Notes: generated from the sequence alone by a model not told the origin. A DNA stretch of 63,530 nt, filler included, from Candidatus Tectimicrobiota bacterium (GCA_016193065.1; 9 parts of 9 records of this genome joined end to end with filler, not necessarily neighbours in it), one strand, 5' to 3'; shown: positions 9,935-20,547, counted from the first letter of the whole stretch. Numbers and translations are program-made.

Positions 9935-10034
9935 NNNNNNNNNNNNNNNNNNNNNNNNNNNNNNNNNNNNNNNNNNNNTTAATTAATTAANNNNNNNNNN
10001 NNNNNNNNNNNNNNNNNNNNNNNNNNNNNNNNNN
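9935..10034. other. Artificial contig linker. Identical linkers at 15081-15180, 19885-19984, 30260-30359, 47139-47238, 52201-52300, 55421-55520 and 59044-59143
   Basis: N-run + TTAATTAATTAA (stops in all six frames) + N-run; genes are cut on either side. Confidence 0.98.
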
Positions 10035-10321
10035 CGGGGTCCCCCTTGCTTGTTTCGGAAGTTGGCGGGCAGCACCCGGTGCAGTTTCTCGGGCCAGTCC
10101 AGGCCCCGGGGGTCGTAGCGCTGCTCGGTGAAAATCACGGGGACGCCATGGGCGCGGGCAAACTCGACCACGGTCTTCACCCGGGGGATGGTTCTTTGAA
10201 ACGGGGTCAGGTCGATGCCCCGCTCGGCGAAGTACCCCTTATCCGAGAGGAAATCGTTCTGCATGTCGATCACGAGAAGGGCGCAATCATTGAGGGGGAT
10301 GTCCGGAACGGGTGACTCCAT
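10035..10321 (-). CDS. Isochorismatase/cysteine hydrolase family protein (3' truncated)
   Basis: ALLVIDMQNDF...ARAHGVPVIFT. Confidence 0.85.
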
Positions 10322-10518
10322 GGTTTCGTCTCCTCCTGTGCCTTAATCTGGAAGATCCTGTCGCCTTTGCGGTGAACGCCGGCTTTCCCCCGTGGAAAGC
10401 CTGTCCACCTGCAAGGAAGTTTCCTCAGTCGTCTCCTCGCTGCAGTTTTTCCTGTACTTGCGTGACTGCGATGTCCGTGGAATTCCCCCTCCTCTGGTAT
10501 GGATTTCCACCCAGGATC

Positions 10519-12438
10519 TCAACGATCTCCATTGCTGCTCAACCCGGCTCCAGCCGCGCTTTCGCGTACGGGAGCTTCCTCCGATTCTCCGGGTCCGGCT
10601 GCGTGCAGGCGGGCATGGATCTCCCGTGCCAGCATTATGCCGATCCCGGGCACTCCTGCAATTTCCTCCGGCGTTGCTTCCTGAAGCCCTTTCAGGCTGC
10701 CGAAGCGGCTCAGGAGATCGCGCTTTCGCCTGGAGCCGATGCCGGGGATCTCCTCCAGCGGAGAGCGCAGAGTTTCCCGTCCCCACAGCTTTTTGTGGTA
10801 CGTGATCGCGAAGCGGTGCGCCTCGTCCCGCACCCGCTGCAGGAGAAAGAGAGCTTCCGAGCTCGGGGGGAGGAAGACCGGATTCTTGCGGCCGGGAAGG
10901 TAGAACCTTTCCTCGCTCCAGGCCTTCCCTTTTCTCTCCGGCGCTTCCTGGAGGCGGCTCTTGGCAATGCCGGCCAGGTCAGGCTCACCGATTCCCAGCT
11001 CACGGAGGATCTCTTCCGCGATGCCCAGTTGTCCCTTGCCCCCGTCGATCAGGATGAGGTTCGGAAGATCCATCTCCTCGATGGCCTTGCGATAGCGACG
11101 CTCGAGGATCTCGCGCATCATGGCGTAGTCATTGGGCGTGGACAGGGTGCGGATCCGGAAGTGGCGGTAGCGGGTTTTGTCGGGCTCCCCCTCTAAAAAC
11201 GAAACCAGGGATCCCACCGCCTCCTTTCCCATGATGTTGGAAATGTCGAAGCACTCGATTCGGCGGGGCAGAGCCCGCAGGTGGAGCTTGGCCTGGATCT
11301 GAGCAAGGGCTCCCAGACGTTTTTCCTCCCGGTTGTGGGCCTGCTGGAGCGCTAGCTCGGCATTCTTGGTCGCCATCTGGATCAGGTTGCGCCGCTGGCC
11401 GCGCCGGGGAACAAGAATGCCCACGGGCCCGGACCTGCGCTCGTTGAGAATTTCGGCCAACGCCGTGGTCCCTTCGATGGAGAAGGGGAGCAGGATTTCC
11501 CGGGGGATGAAACTTTCCCCCAGGTAATACTGCTCCAGGCAAGAGGCCAGGATCTCAGGGTCGGGAAGGACCTGGTCTTTATAGAGGAACGATTTGGCTT
11601 CCGTTAGCTTCCCCCTGCGGACCAGGAGCCGCTCCATGACCACCTCGCCGTCCTTCCGGTAATAGCCGAAGACGTCCTGGTCCCGGAATTGGTAGGAGAT
11701 GACTTTTTGGGGCTCCACGGTTTGCTCGATCGCCTGGATCTTGCGATGGTAGCGAGCGGCATCCTCGAAGGCGAGCTTCTCCGAGGCCGCGTGCATCTTG
11801 TCCTTGAGTTCTCTGACCAGCTCTTCCTTGCGGCCCTGGAGGAACAGAGTCACCTGCTTCACCAGTTCCTGGTACTCTTCGTCCGTGGTCAAGCCCGCTA
11901 CGCAGGGGCCCACGCACTCCTTGATCTCGTAGTACAGACAGGGGCGGGTGCGGTTCCGGAAAATGTTGTCCGTGCAGGAACGCAGGGGGAAGTGGCGCTG
12001 GATGAAGCGCAGGGTTTCGCGGGCCGAGTAGGCCGACGAGTAGGGGCCGAAGTAGACGTTCTCGTCTTTCTGAGGGCGGCGCACGATCGTCAGGCGGGGA
12101 TAGCGCGCCTTCACGTTCAGTTTGATGCTGACGTAGTCCTTGTCGTCCCGGAAGTTGATGTTGTACTTGGGGCGGTGTTCCTTGATCAGGTTGTTTTCCA
12201 GAAGCAGGGCCTCTTTCTCCGTGTCCGTCGCCACGAAGTCGATGTCCGTAACCACGGGGAGCAGGAAGCGGATCTGCAGGCGGCCGTCCCCCGCAGCCCG
12301 GAAGTAGGAGCGCACCCGGGCCCGGAGGTTCTTGGCCTTGCCCACATAGACCACCTTGCCGGACCGGTTTTTCATCAGGTAGACCCCGGGCGATCGGGGG
12401 AATCGTTCCACCTGTTCCAGCAAGGTCTCCGTTTTCAC
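10519..12438 (-). CDS. uvrC: Excinuclease ABC subunit C
   Basis: GIY-YIG PGVYLMK..YVGKAKNLR, RIECFDIS, LIDGGKGQL, RDEAHRFA, HhH. Likely GTG start at 12438. Confidence 0.96.
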   Translation of the reverse strand: MKTETLLEQVERFPRSPGVYLMKNRSGKVVYVGKAKNLRARVRSYFRAAGDGRLQIRFLLPVVTDIDFVATDTEKEALLLENNLIKEHRPKYNINFRDDKDYVSIKLNVKARYPRLTIVRRPQKDENVYFGPYSSAYSARETLRFIQRHFPLRSCTDNIFRNRTRPCLYYEIKECVGPCVAGLTTDEEYQELVKQVTLFLQGRKEELVRELKDKMHAASEKLAFEDAARYHRKIQAIEQTVEPQKVISYQFRDQDVFGYYRKDGEVVMERLLVRRGKLTEAKSFLYKDQVLPDPEILASCLEQYYLGESFIPREILLPFSIEGTTALAEILNERRSGPVGILVPRRGQRRNLIQMATKNAELALQQAHNREEKRLGALAQIQAKLHLRALPRRIECFDISNIMGKEAVGSLVSFLEGEPDKTRYRHFRIRTLSTPNDYAMMREILERRYRKAIEEMDLPNLILIDGGKGQLGIAEEILRELGIGEPDLAGIAKSRLQEAPERKGKAWSEERFYLPGRKNPVFLPPSSEALFLLQRVRDEAHRFAITYHKKLWGRETLRSPLEEIPGIGSRRKRDLLSRFGSLKGLQEATPEEIAGVPGIGIMLAREIHARLHAAGPGESEEAPVRESAAGAGLSSNGDR

Positions 12439-12625
12439 CTGGCCGTCTCCTCGTGGGTTCCAGGTGAGAAGGGGCGTCCCCCTCGGGCTCCAGTACATTT
12501 TTGCTCGGCTGTTCTATCGTGTGTCATTCGGATTCCACTCATTGTTAGAAGGGCCATGTGACAACCGACGGGCAAAAATCTAAGTCGCCCTACGGGGGAT
12601 CGCCCCTTCTCCTGTAAGATCTGTA

Positions 12626-14653
12626 TCATCGCGGTTTGCGTTTGCCGTTGCCGGCGGGGACGGGGATCTCGAGGTTGCAGGCCTGCAGCGCATAGATCCG
12701 GTCCCGCACCTCCGCGGCTTTCTCGAAGTCGTACTTGGCGGCGGCCCGCTTCATTTCCTGGTGGAGTTTCTTGAGCTTTCTGGGCAGATCCTCCGAGGGA
12801 ATGTACTCCGGGCTCTCTTCCGCAGCCACGGGGACAGTGACGTAATCGGCCTCGTAAATTGAAGTCAGAAGGTCGGCGATGGATTTTACCACCGTTTCCG
12901 GAGTGATTCCGTTGTCCTTGTTGAACTGCCGTTGGATTTCCCGGCGGCGGTTGGTCTCCGCCAGCGCTTTTTCCAGGGACTGGGTCATCTGATCGCAGTA
13001 CATGATCACCTGCCCCCGCACGTTGCGGGCAGCCCGGCCGATCGTCTGGATCAGGGAGCGCTCCGAGCGCAGGAACCCTTCCTTATCCGCGTCGAGAATG
13101 GCCACCAGGGAGACTTCAGGGAGGTCGAGCCCTTCCCTCAGGAGGTTGATCCCGATGAGCACATCGAACGCTCCCAGGCGCAGATCGCGGATAATCTCGG
13201 TCCGCTTCAGTGTGTCGATGTCCGAGTGCAGGTATTTCACCTTGACCCCCAGCTCCTGGTAGTATTCGGTCAGCTCTTCAGCCATCCGTTTGGTCAAGGT
13301 CGTCACCAGGACCCTCTCCTTGCTCTCGACCCGCTGCCGGATTTCGTGCAGGAGGTCATCGACCTGCCCCTTGGCGGGCTTGACCACGATTTCCGGATCC
13401 ATGAGCCCCGTCGGGCGGATGATCTGTTCCACGACCAGCCCTGCGCTCTTCCGTAGTTCGTATTCAGCGGGGGTGGCCGAGACGTAGATCGCCTCGTTGA
13501 CCATGGCCTCGAATTCCTGGAAGTTCAGGGGGCGGTTGTCCAGGGCGGAGGGGAGCCGGAATCCGTATTCCACCAGGGTCTCCTTGCGGGACCGGTCTCC
13601 ATGGTACATGCCCCCGATTTGTGGAATGCTGACATGGCTCTCGTCGATGAAGAGGAGGAAGTCGCGCGGGAAGTAGTTCAACAGAACCCAGGGCGGCTGC
13701 CCCGGCAGGCGGCCGTCCAGATGGCGGGAGTAGTTTTCAATCCCTGGGCAGATTCCGGTCTCCCGGAGTAATTCCAGGTCGAACCGGGTGCGCTGCTGCA
13801 GGCGCTGGGCTTCCAAAAGCTTGTTTTGCCCTTCGAGTTCAGGCACCCGTTCCTTGAGCTCCTTCTTGATGTTCTCGATGGCCCGCAGGAGGTTTTGCTG
13901 GGTGGTGACGTAGTGGCTGGCCGGGTAGAGGTGAATTTTGCTCAAACGGCGCAAGACCTCCCCCCGCAAGGGATCAATCTCGAAGATCCCCTCGACCCGG
14001 TCTCCGAAAAACTCCACCCGGATCGCGATATCCTCCTCGTAGGCGGGGAAAATGTCGATGACGTCCCCCCGCACGCGGAAGGTTCCGCGGTGAAAATCGA
14101 TATCGTTCCTGTCGTATTGAATCTCCACCAGGCGCTCCAGGATCTGCTCCCGGGAGACCTCCAGGTCGTTCTGGAACAAAACGAGCATGTCCCGGTACTC
14201 GAAGGGGGAGCCCAGCCCATAGATGCAGGAGACGCTGGCCACTATGATCACATCCCGGCGTTCGATGAGGGAGCGGGTGGCGGAATGGCGCATTTTGTCG
14301 ATTTGATCGTTAATGGAGGAGTCCTTTTCGATATAGGTATCCGTGCTGGGGAGGTAAGCCTCGGGCTGGTAGTAATCGTAGTAGCTCACGAAATATTCAG
14401 CGGCGTTTTCGGGAAAGAGGCTGCGAAATTCGCTGTAGAGCTGGGCGGCCAGGGTTTTGTTGGGGGCAATGACCAGAGTGGGTTTGTTCGCCTGGGCAAT
14501 GACATTAGCCATGGTGAAGGTCTTGCCCGAGCCGGTAACCCCTAGAAGTACCTGGTGGCGCATGCCCTGGTTCAGGCCGGCAACCAGCTCTTCAATGGCC
14601 TTGGGCTGATCTCCCCTGGGGACAAAGTCGGTGATGAGCTTGAACCGATCCAT
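12626..14653 (-). CDS. uvrB: Excinuclease ABC subunit B
   Basis: [44 protein letters not shown]. Confidence 0.97.
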   Translation of the reverse strand: MDRFKLITDFVPRGDQPKAIEELVAGLNQGMRHQVLLGVTGSGKTFTMANVIAQANKPTLVIAPNKTLAAQLYSEFRSLFPENAAEYFVSYYDYYQPEAYLPSTDTYIEKDSSINDQIDKMRHSATRSLIERRDVIIVASVSCIYGLGSPFEYRDMLVLFQNDLEVSREQILERLVEIQYDRNDIDFHRGTFRVRGDVIDIFPAYEEDIAIRVEFFGDRVEGIFEIDPLRGEVLRRLSKIHLYPASHYVTTQQNLLRAIENIKKELKERVPELEGQNKLLEAQRLQQRTRFDLELLRETGICPGIENYSRHLDGRLPGQPPWVLLNYFPRDFLLFIDESHVSIPQIGGMYHGDRSRKETLVEYGFRLPSALDNRPLNFQEFEAMVNEAIYVSATPAEYELRKSAGLVVEQIIRPTGLMDPEIVVKPAKGQVDDLLHEIRQRVESKERVLVTTLTKRMAEELTEYYQELGVKVKYLHSDIDTLKRTEIIRDLRLGAFDVLIGINLLREGLDLPEVSLVAILDADKEGFLRSERSLIQTIGRAARNVRGQVIMYCDQMTQSLEKALAETNRRREIQRQFNKDNGITPETVVKSIADLLTSIYEADYVTVPVAAEESPEYIPSEDLPRKLKKLHQEMKRAAAKYDFEKAAEVRDRIYALQACNLEIPVPAGNGKRKPR

Positions 14654-14708
14654 ATCGGCTTCATTGTATTCCTTCCCCCCTGTTTTGCAACGGCGGCCTG
14701 CTAGCGGG

Positions 14709-15080
14709 CTTCCCCACTCCGAGTTCTTGCGGGTCCATGGGAAAGGGGCCGACTCCCGCCCTTCGCTCCGCGCCTCCCGCAGCGGGGGCGGCCAGGGTGG
14801 GACCCCTCCGCTACCGCCACGATAAGTTTTCGGCTGTCTGCAATCGAGTCTAGGCTGCGCGGTTTCCCATCCCTGGCCGCTCCCGGTGGGTTCCCCCGCT
14901 GCTCCCGGCAGTTTCGCTCAGGGCGGGAAGGTCGGCCCCCTCGGTGCTCTTCGTCCAAGGGGGTAGCCCGCGGAGGCGACCGACAGAGTTGCAGAAAGAG
15001 ACCGGGTGTGCCCCGTAGGGCGACTTACCTGTCTGCGTGTCCGCACAGGCAGGAAGTTTTGCAGGCGCCGCACCCAGAAA
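14709..15080 (+). repeat. MITE-like intergenic repeat copy (cut by contig end)
   Basis: Shares GCTACCGCCACGATAAG...CTGCGCGGTTTCCCATCCCTGGCCGCTCCC...CCCGGCAGTTTCGCTCAGGGCGGGAAGGTC with 44081-44202, and with 39870-39990 in reverse complement. Confidence 0.85.
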
Positions 15081-15180
15081 NNNNNNNNNNNNNNNNNNNN
15101 NNNNNNNNNNNNNNNNNNNNNNNNTTAATTAATTAANNNNNNNNNNNNNNNNNNNNNNNNNNNNNNNNNNNNNNNNNNNN

Positions 15181-15259
15181 GCCCGCAGCGGTTGCAGCAC
15201 CAAAGCTCCTTGTCCAGGTCAATATCCAGATATTCCGTGATCCGGACCTTATCCGCCAT
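15181..15259 (-). CDS. Acetone carboxylase gamma / acetophenone carboxylase ApcB-like small subunit (N-terminus only)
   Basis: MADKVRITEYLDIDLDKELWCCNRCG resembles ApcB 'RxTEYLDxDL..E.W.C..CG'. Start overlaps the upstream stop. Not in the ORF track. Confidence 0.75.
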
Positions 15260-17330
15260 CTCCCGCTCTCCCTGACTCCATCACCCCGTTGCCGAGGGAC
15301 TCCACCGTAAAGACCTTTCCAACCGGGACGGCATAGTTCGTATACTCCCCCTCGATGATCGCCGGTCCCGTCACCCGATGGCCGGGACGCAGTTTCTCCC
15401 ACGAATAAACCGGCGTCGTCAGCCACTTCCCGAGCCAGAAAACCTCACGCTCCCCCTTTTGCGCCCGGGATCTCTCCGCGGATTCCAGCGGCTGGACCCT
15501 CAGCGTGGGGCGAGGGATTGGAGCTCTGGCCCGCAGCCTGAAAACCTCGACCTGGATCTCCTTTCCTGCGCTCCCCCCGCCGCCGGCCGCCAGGTCCGAA
15601 GCCAGGGCGGCCAAGTCCTCGGCGGTGAGCAGGTTCAAACGGGAAACGGGAATGAGCCTGGTACCTCCTCTGCTGTCCGCCGTCTCCAGCTCCAGCACAA
15701 AGGTTATCTGATCGGGAGAAAAACCCTCCCCCCGCATGTCCCGGAAAGCGCGTTCCTGCAAAGCGTTTACCGTCTGATTGAACTTCTCCCGCAGGGAGTC
15801 GCCGCCAGTCCCCGGCCCAATGCGGATGGCGGCATAAGATTCGTACACGTGAACCACTTCCATCGTGGAGGCCCCATAGGCGCAGAAGACCGGATTGTGT
15901 GCAAACGTGTAGGCTCGCGGGATGCCGCTGCCATCGGCGATCCGGCTGCAATGCAGACCGCCAGCCCCGCCGAACCCGTAGAGAACAGCCTGGTGGGCGG
16001 CCAGCCCTCTCTCGTCCAAAAGCCGCTTGAGGCGCGAGAGAACCCTTCCTTCCATCTCTTCAATCACACGGCTGGCTGCTTTCTCCAGGGAGATCTTCAG
16101 AGGCTCGGCCACCCGGCGCAGGAGGGCTTCCTCGGCCAGCCTGCGGTTGAGCCGCTTCCGGCCACCCAGGAAATAGTCGGGATTGATGAACCCCAGGACC
16201 AGATTGGCGTCGGTGACGGTGGCGGCTTCCCCCCCCAGGTTGTAACAGGCCGGCCCAGGCAGGGCTCCGGCGCTCTCTGGACCCACCTGCAGCGCGCCCT
16301 CCGCCGTGACTGAGGCAATGGACCCCCCTCCAGCTCCCAGCGTCGTGATCTCCAGGACAGGGAGATTGATGGGAATCCCCTCGATGCGGGGGCGAAACTC
16401 GTGGGGCAATCCCCCTCGCTCCAGAATCCCCAAGTCACTGCTGGTGCCGCCGATGTCCAACGTCACCACATTTCCATGCCCGTAGTACTCGGCCAGGAAA
16501 GCACTCCCGTAGAGGCCGGCCACAGGCCCGGAATTGTAGGTGTCGATGGCCCGGGTCTTGGCGACTCGAGCCGTCCCGCCGTCGGCGTGCACGATCAGGA
16601 GAGGCCGGGGATAGCCCGCCTCCCGCAGGAGATCCTCGGAGCGGTACAGGGTGCGGGCCATATTGGGGTGAAAGTACGCATTCAGGAGGGTGACGTTGGT
16701 GCGCTCCGCCTCGCCGGGGCGCACGGTAATTTCGCTCGACAGCAAAACGGGGACGGAGCCCAGATAGTGACGCGGGTATTGGGAGAGAATCACCTCCTTG
16801 ATGCGGCGCTCCGGAGCAGGGTTCAGGTGGGCTCCTTTCAAGCTCACGACGATCATCCGGGCCCCGCGCTCCAAGAGCTCTTTGAGCGCCCTCTTGACCT
16901 CCTCGGTGTCGACTTCCACGCGAACTTTCCCCTCCGAATCCAACTCGCCGCGGACCCCGAGCACCATTTCCGGCGGCACCAGGAAGCCCAGGACCGGATG
17001 GTCAACTGCAGGTGCCGCGTAGAGGGTGTTTTCATAACCCGAGGTCACCAGCACGCCGAGCTTGGGACCGTTGCGCTGGATCAGGGTGTTGGTACCGATC
17101 GTGGTGGAGAATCGCACCACCGCCGTGTCGTTGAGCAACTCCGGCAGTTGGGGGTAGCCCAGGAGCCTGGTGCCTTCCAGGAGACACTGCTGGAAACAAA
17201 CAGTCAGATCGTGGGGGGTTGTCTCGACCTTGGCACGGACAACCTCCTCCCCCCGGGTGAAGAACCCGTCCGTGTGGGTTCCCCCCGTATCGATATCAAT
17301 CGTGACCCTGCGATTCTCTCCAGAAAGCAT
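15249..17330 (-). CDS. Hydantoinase/oxoprolinase A family protein, ApcA-like
   Basis: IDIDTGGTHTD, KVETTPHDLTVCF, QYPRHYLGSVPVLL, SGPVAG, DIGGTS, VGPESAGALPGPACY. Confidence 0.9.
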   Translation of the reverse strand: MLSGENRRVTIDIDTGGTHTDGFFTRGEEVVRAKVETTPHDLTVCFQQCLLEGTRLLGYPQLPELLNDTAVVRFSTTIGTNTLIQRNGPKLGVLVTSGYENTLYAAPAVDHPVLGFLVPPEMVLGVRGELDSEGKVRVEVDTEEVKRALKELLERGARMIVVSLKGAHLNPAPERRIKEVILSQYPRHYLGSVPVLLSSEITVRPGEAERTNVTLLNAYFHPNMARTLYRSEDLLREAGYPRPLLIVHADGGTARVAKTRAIDTYNSGPVAGLYGSAFLAEYYGHGNVVTLDIGGTSSDLGILERGGLPHEFRPRIEGIPINLPVLEITTLGAGGGSIASVTAEGALQVGPESAGALPGPACYNLGGEAATVTDANLVLGFINPDYFLGGRKRLNRRLAEEALLRRVAEPLKISLEKAASRVIEEMEGRVLSRLKRLLDERGLAAHQAVLYGFGGAGGLHCSRIADGSGIPRAYTFAHNPVFCAYGASTMEVVHVYESYAAIRIGPGTGGDSLREKFNQTVNALQERAFRDMRGEGFSPDQITFVLELETADSRGGTRLIPVSRLNLLTAEDLAALASDLAAGGGGSAGKEIQVEVFRLRARAPIPRPTLRVQPLESAERSRAQKGEREVFWLGKWLTTPVYSWEKLRPGHRVTGPAIIEGEYTNYAVPVGKVFTVESLGNGVMESGRAGDGG

Positions 17331-17677
17331 CGCGATCCCCCTCCGGGGCGGGAAAAACATTCTTCCAGGTGAAACCCCTCTAGGAATGTAAGGAAGTATT
17401 GGGGATAAACGAATGTACTCTTATAGCAAAACCTCGGAGCGCTTTCAAACCTTTTTGGTTTCCGGAGAGCGGGAGCGTCCTCCAGGCCGTAACGGCTTCG
17501 GGGAAGCCGTTCCATCTTTATCGGGTCAACCCATCGATGACCGGGAAACCCACCGTATGATTCCGCTGCCAAATATGCTACAAGCAACAGGAAATTATTG
17601 GATTGGGGAGACGGGAAATCTGGAAGGGAGGGGAAGCGGGGGCAACGAAAATTGTTGTCAGGAACCTGTAAACCGCC

Positions 17678-17896
17678 ATGGAGGGGAAGGAGGCCTTCAA
17701 GAAGGCGCACTCTTCAACCAGCAAGGATCCGGCCACCCAGAAAGAGACCGTGAAGTGGGATTCCAAGGCAAACGAGGAAAAATTCCTGCGCGCTCAGTAC
17801 AACCAGCGCTTCGTGGAAAATGACGGCAGCTTGGGAGTTCACAACTACAAGTACGCCCGCCAGCTCCTCATGGACTCTCTGAGCCACCTGGAATAA
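17678..17896 (+). pseudogene. Probable C-terminal remnant of a multiheme cytochrome c (c552/NrfA-like tail)
   Basis: AQYNQRFVENDGSLGVHNYKYARQLL motif with no CxxCH in the ORF. Confidence 0.5.
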
Positions 17897-17898
17897 CT

Positions 17899-18762
17899 CT
17901 AGCGGGGAGGATTTGACGGCTCGGGAGGGATCCGGGAGCTTTTCTCCCGGTCCCTCCCATACGCGATGTACCAATCAAACTGGTGAAAAATTCCCCGCAA
18001 AATCCGCACCTCCCTTTCGTCCAGCAAGGCCCTGCCGAAGATCCGGCGCAGGGCTGTCATCATGTGCCCCGGATTCTGGGGGTTGAGGAACCGGATCCGG
18101 TTCAGGGTGCTTTCCATCTGGGCATAGAGCTCTTCCAGATCGCGGGAAGCGGCCAGAGTCCGGTCGGGGACAGAGGGCTCCGCACCCATAAGAATGGGTA
18201 CCCGAGAATGGGTACCCGCGTCCTGGGTGTGTCCGCACACATAGATCTCATAACACACCAGCATCACGGCTTGCGCGAGGTTCAGAGAAGGGAATTCCGG
18301 GTGGGTCGGAACGGTCAGGAGCTCGTGGCACAGGGAGAGTTCCTCATTGGTCAGACCCCGGTCTTCGGGGCCAAACACAATGGCCACTTCAGCCCTACCG
18401 GTGAATTCCAAAATCCTCGGCGCCAGCTCCCTGGGGAAAGCCGCCGGACCGCGGGCCTGGCCGAGCCTGCAGCTCGTCCCGACCACGAAGCCCGCTCCCG
18501 CCAGGGCTTCTCTCAGGTCCTCAGCCACCCGGGCTCTCTCCAGCAAGGGGCGGGCCCGGAGGGCCATCTTGAGCGCTTCATCGCACAGGTAATCACAGGG
18601 ATCCACGAGAACCAGGCGACGGAACCCGGTGTTGGCCATGGCCCTGGCCACGGCGCCCACATTGGCAGACCCTTGAGGGCGGACCAAAACAATGGTTATG
18701 GAGTCCAGAGAACAGCCCACGGCCCCTCTCCCGGGCTCAGCGGCGGGATTCTCGCCGGACAC
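17899..18762 (-). CDS. trmJ: TrmJ/LasT-family SPOUT RNA methyltransferase
   Basis: NVGAVARAMAN, VFGPEDRGLTNEEL, SLNLAQAV, EVRILRGI. Confidence 0.88.
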   Translation of the reverse strand: MSGENPAAEPGRGAVGCSLDSITIVLVRPQGSANVGAVARAMANTGFRRLVLVDPCDYLCDEALKMALRARPLLERARVAEDLREALAGAGFVVGTSCRLGQARGPAAFPRELAPRILEFTGRAEVAIVFGPEDRGLTNEELSLCHELLTVPTHPEFPSLNLAQAVMLVCYEIYVCGHTQDAGTHSRVPILMGAEPSVPDRTLAASRDLEELYAQMESTLNRIRFLNPQNPGHMMTALRRIFGRALLDEREVRILRGIFHQFDWYIAYGRDREKSSRIPPEPSNPPR

Positions 18763-18844
18763 GGATCAACCCATCTTTCTCGATGAAGAAAAATGGCAGT
18801 GCGCAGGGATCAGCAACCTGCGTGAAAGGAAAGGGCAGATTCTA

Positions 18845-18937
18845 CTACTTTTTCTTCTTGTGGCGCATCTTTTCCATGAGCTTCTTGTGCTTATGCTTAC
18901 GCATTTTCTTTCGCCGCTTCTTGATGACACTGCCCAT
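18845..18937 (-). CDS. 30-aa basic protein, bS22/AURKAIP1-COX24 (DUF1713) family
   Basis: MGSVIKKRRKKMRKHKHKKLMEKMRHKKKK followed by tandem TAG. Below the ORF-track size cutoff. Confidence 0.88.
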   Translation of the reverse strand: MGSVIKKRRKKMRKHKHKKLMEKMRHKKKK

Positions 18938-19025
18938 AGGCATCAACCCCTTTCTCGTCAGAAGGCATGTGGAAACCCGGTCCTTGGCCCAGAAAACAGG
19001 TGAGAGTATAGCATAAAATGGGGCA

Positions 19026-19884
19026 TCAATAGCGGTTCAGAGCATCGATCAACTGCCGCAGGCGGCCGAAGTTCTGGCGGTTGAAGTTGAGGACCAGGCG
19101 GGGGAGCTGGGCAATCTCCGGCTCATTGGCCTCCGCCGGCAGCGGCCCGCTGGCGGTGATGGAGCCGCCCGTCAACAGGTCCTGGAATTCCTGGTTCAGT
19201 TTTCTCAAGGTCTCCGGTCCCGGGGGGCGCTGCAGGCGAACCACCAGAATCCCGTCCACGTACCGGGAGGAGTGATAGTTGCGGTAGAAGCCGGAAATCT
19301 CCTCCACGGCCTCCTCGACCCGGTCGGTGATCCGGAAGAGATGAGCGTCCTCGGGGGAAATCAGCCCTCTCTTAACCAGGCACTCCTCCACAAAATCCCG
19401 CCAGCGCTTCCAGTAATCCCCGCCGGGGACGTCGATGAACACGATGGGCATGGGGTCGCTCTTTCCGGTCTGCAGCAGGGTCAAGACCTCATAGGCCTCA
19501 TCGTGGGTCCCCAGTCCCCCCGGGAACATGGCAAAGGCATCCGCCTCCTTCACGAAGACCAGCTTGCGGGTGAAGAAGTACTTGAAGGTGACGAGCTTGG
19601 GATCGCTCTGGATCACTTCGTTGGCCACCTGCTCGAACGGCAGCCGGATGTTCACGCCGAGGCTGTATTCGGGTCCCGCTCCCAGATGGCCCGCCTTCAT
19701 GATCCCCTCGCCCGCCCCGGTGATCACCATGAACCCCTTCTCCCGGATCCGGCGGGCAAACTCCCGGGCCATCTCGAAGGCCGGATCCCCCTCGTAAATG
19801 CGGGCCGATCCGAAGATGCTCACCTTGCGGTAGTGCCGGAAGGGGTGGAAAGTTTTGAAAGCGTAGCGCAGCTCCCGCAGGGCC
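19026..19884 (-). CDS. LOG-family (TIGR00730) Rossmann-fold protein (5' truncated)
   Basis: FGSAR, ITGAGEGIM, YFFTRKLVFVKEADA, PGGLGTHDE. Confidence 0.9.
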
Positions 19885-19984
19885 NNNNNNNNNNNNNNNN
19901 NNNNNNNNNNNNNNNNNNNNNNNNNNNNTTAATTAATTAANNNNNNNNNNNNNNNNNNNNNNNNNNNNNNNNNNNNNNNNNNNN

Positions 19985-20311
19985 ATAGACGACCTTTTCC
20001 CCGTTCAACCGCGCTTCAAGAATCTCGCCGCCGGGATTGACGATATCGAGGCTTCCGCTCAGGAGCGCTTGAGTTGCCGTCCCTGACGCAATGTATTTGA
20101 GATCGACCGCCAATCCATATCGGACGAACAACCCCTTGTCCTGGGCCAACCACAGGGGAGCCATCAGCCCGCTAGGCGACGAGTAATTTGCTCTGAGCGT
20201 TTCGGTCTCGGCCCCCTGTGCGTTGCTGACAACGCCCGCCCAGCATACCAGGGCGATCCAGGCTACCGCGACGGTCCGCCTTCCCCACTGCCCGCGTCTG
20301 CCTCCGGTCAT
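19985..20311 (-). CDS. ABC transporter substrate-binding protein, NMT1/SsuA type (3' truncated)
   Basis: Signal peptide; APLWLAQDKGLF..YGL.V, QALLSGSLD. Confidence 0.8.
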
Positions 20312-20547
20312 CTCCCTCCCTCCTCTTCTTTACAAATACCCTCCAGTAACCCTTCCCCTCGGGAACTCTACCATCAACTCGGGTGGTCGATCGCCACCTC
20401 ACTGCTCCCCTCGTGCCCCAGACCGCCGGCGCGGGAGACCGGATCGCACGGAGGCATTCTTCCCGGAACATGGGGAATACGGACCCCCTCTGAAGGCCTT
20501 GCGGATCCGATTGATTCCTCTCCGGCTCAGGTACTTCCCCTCCGCAT

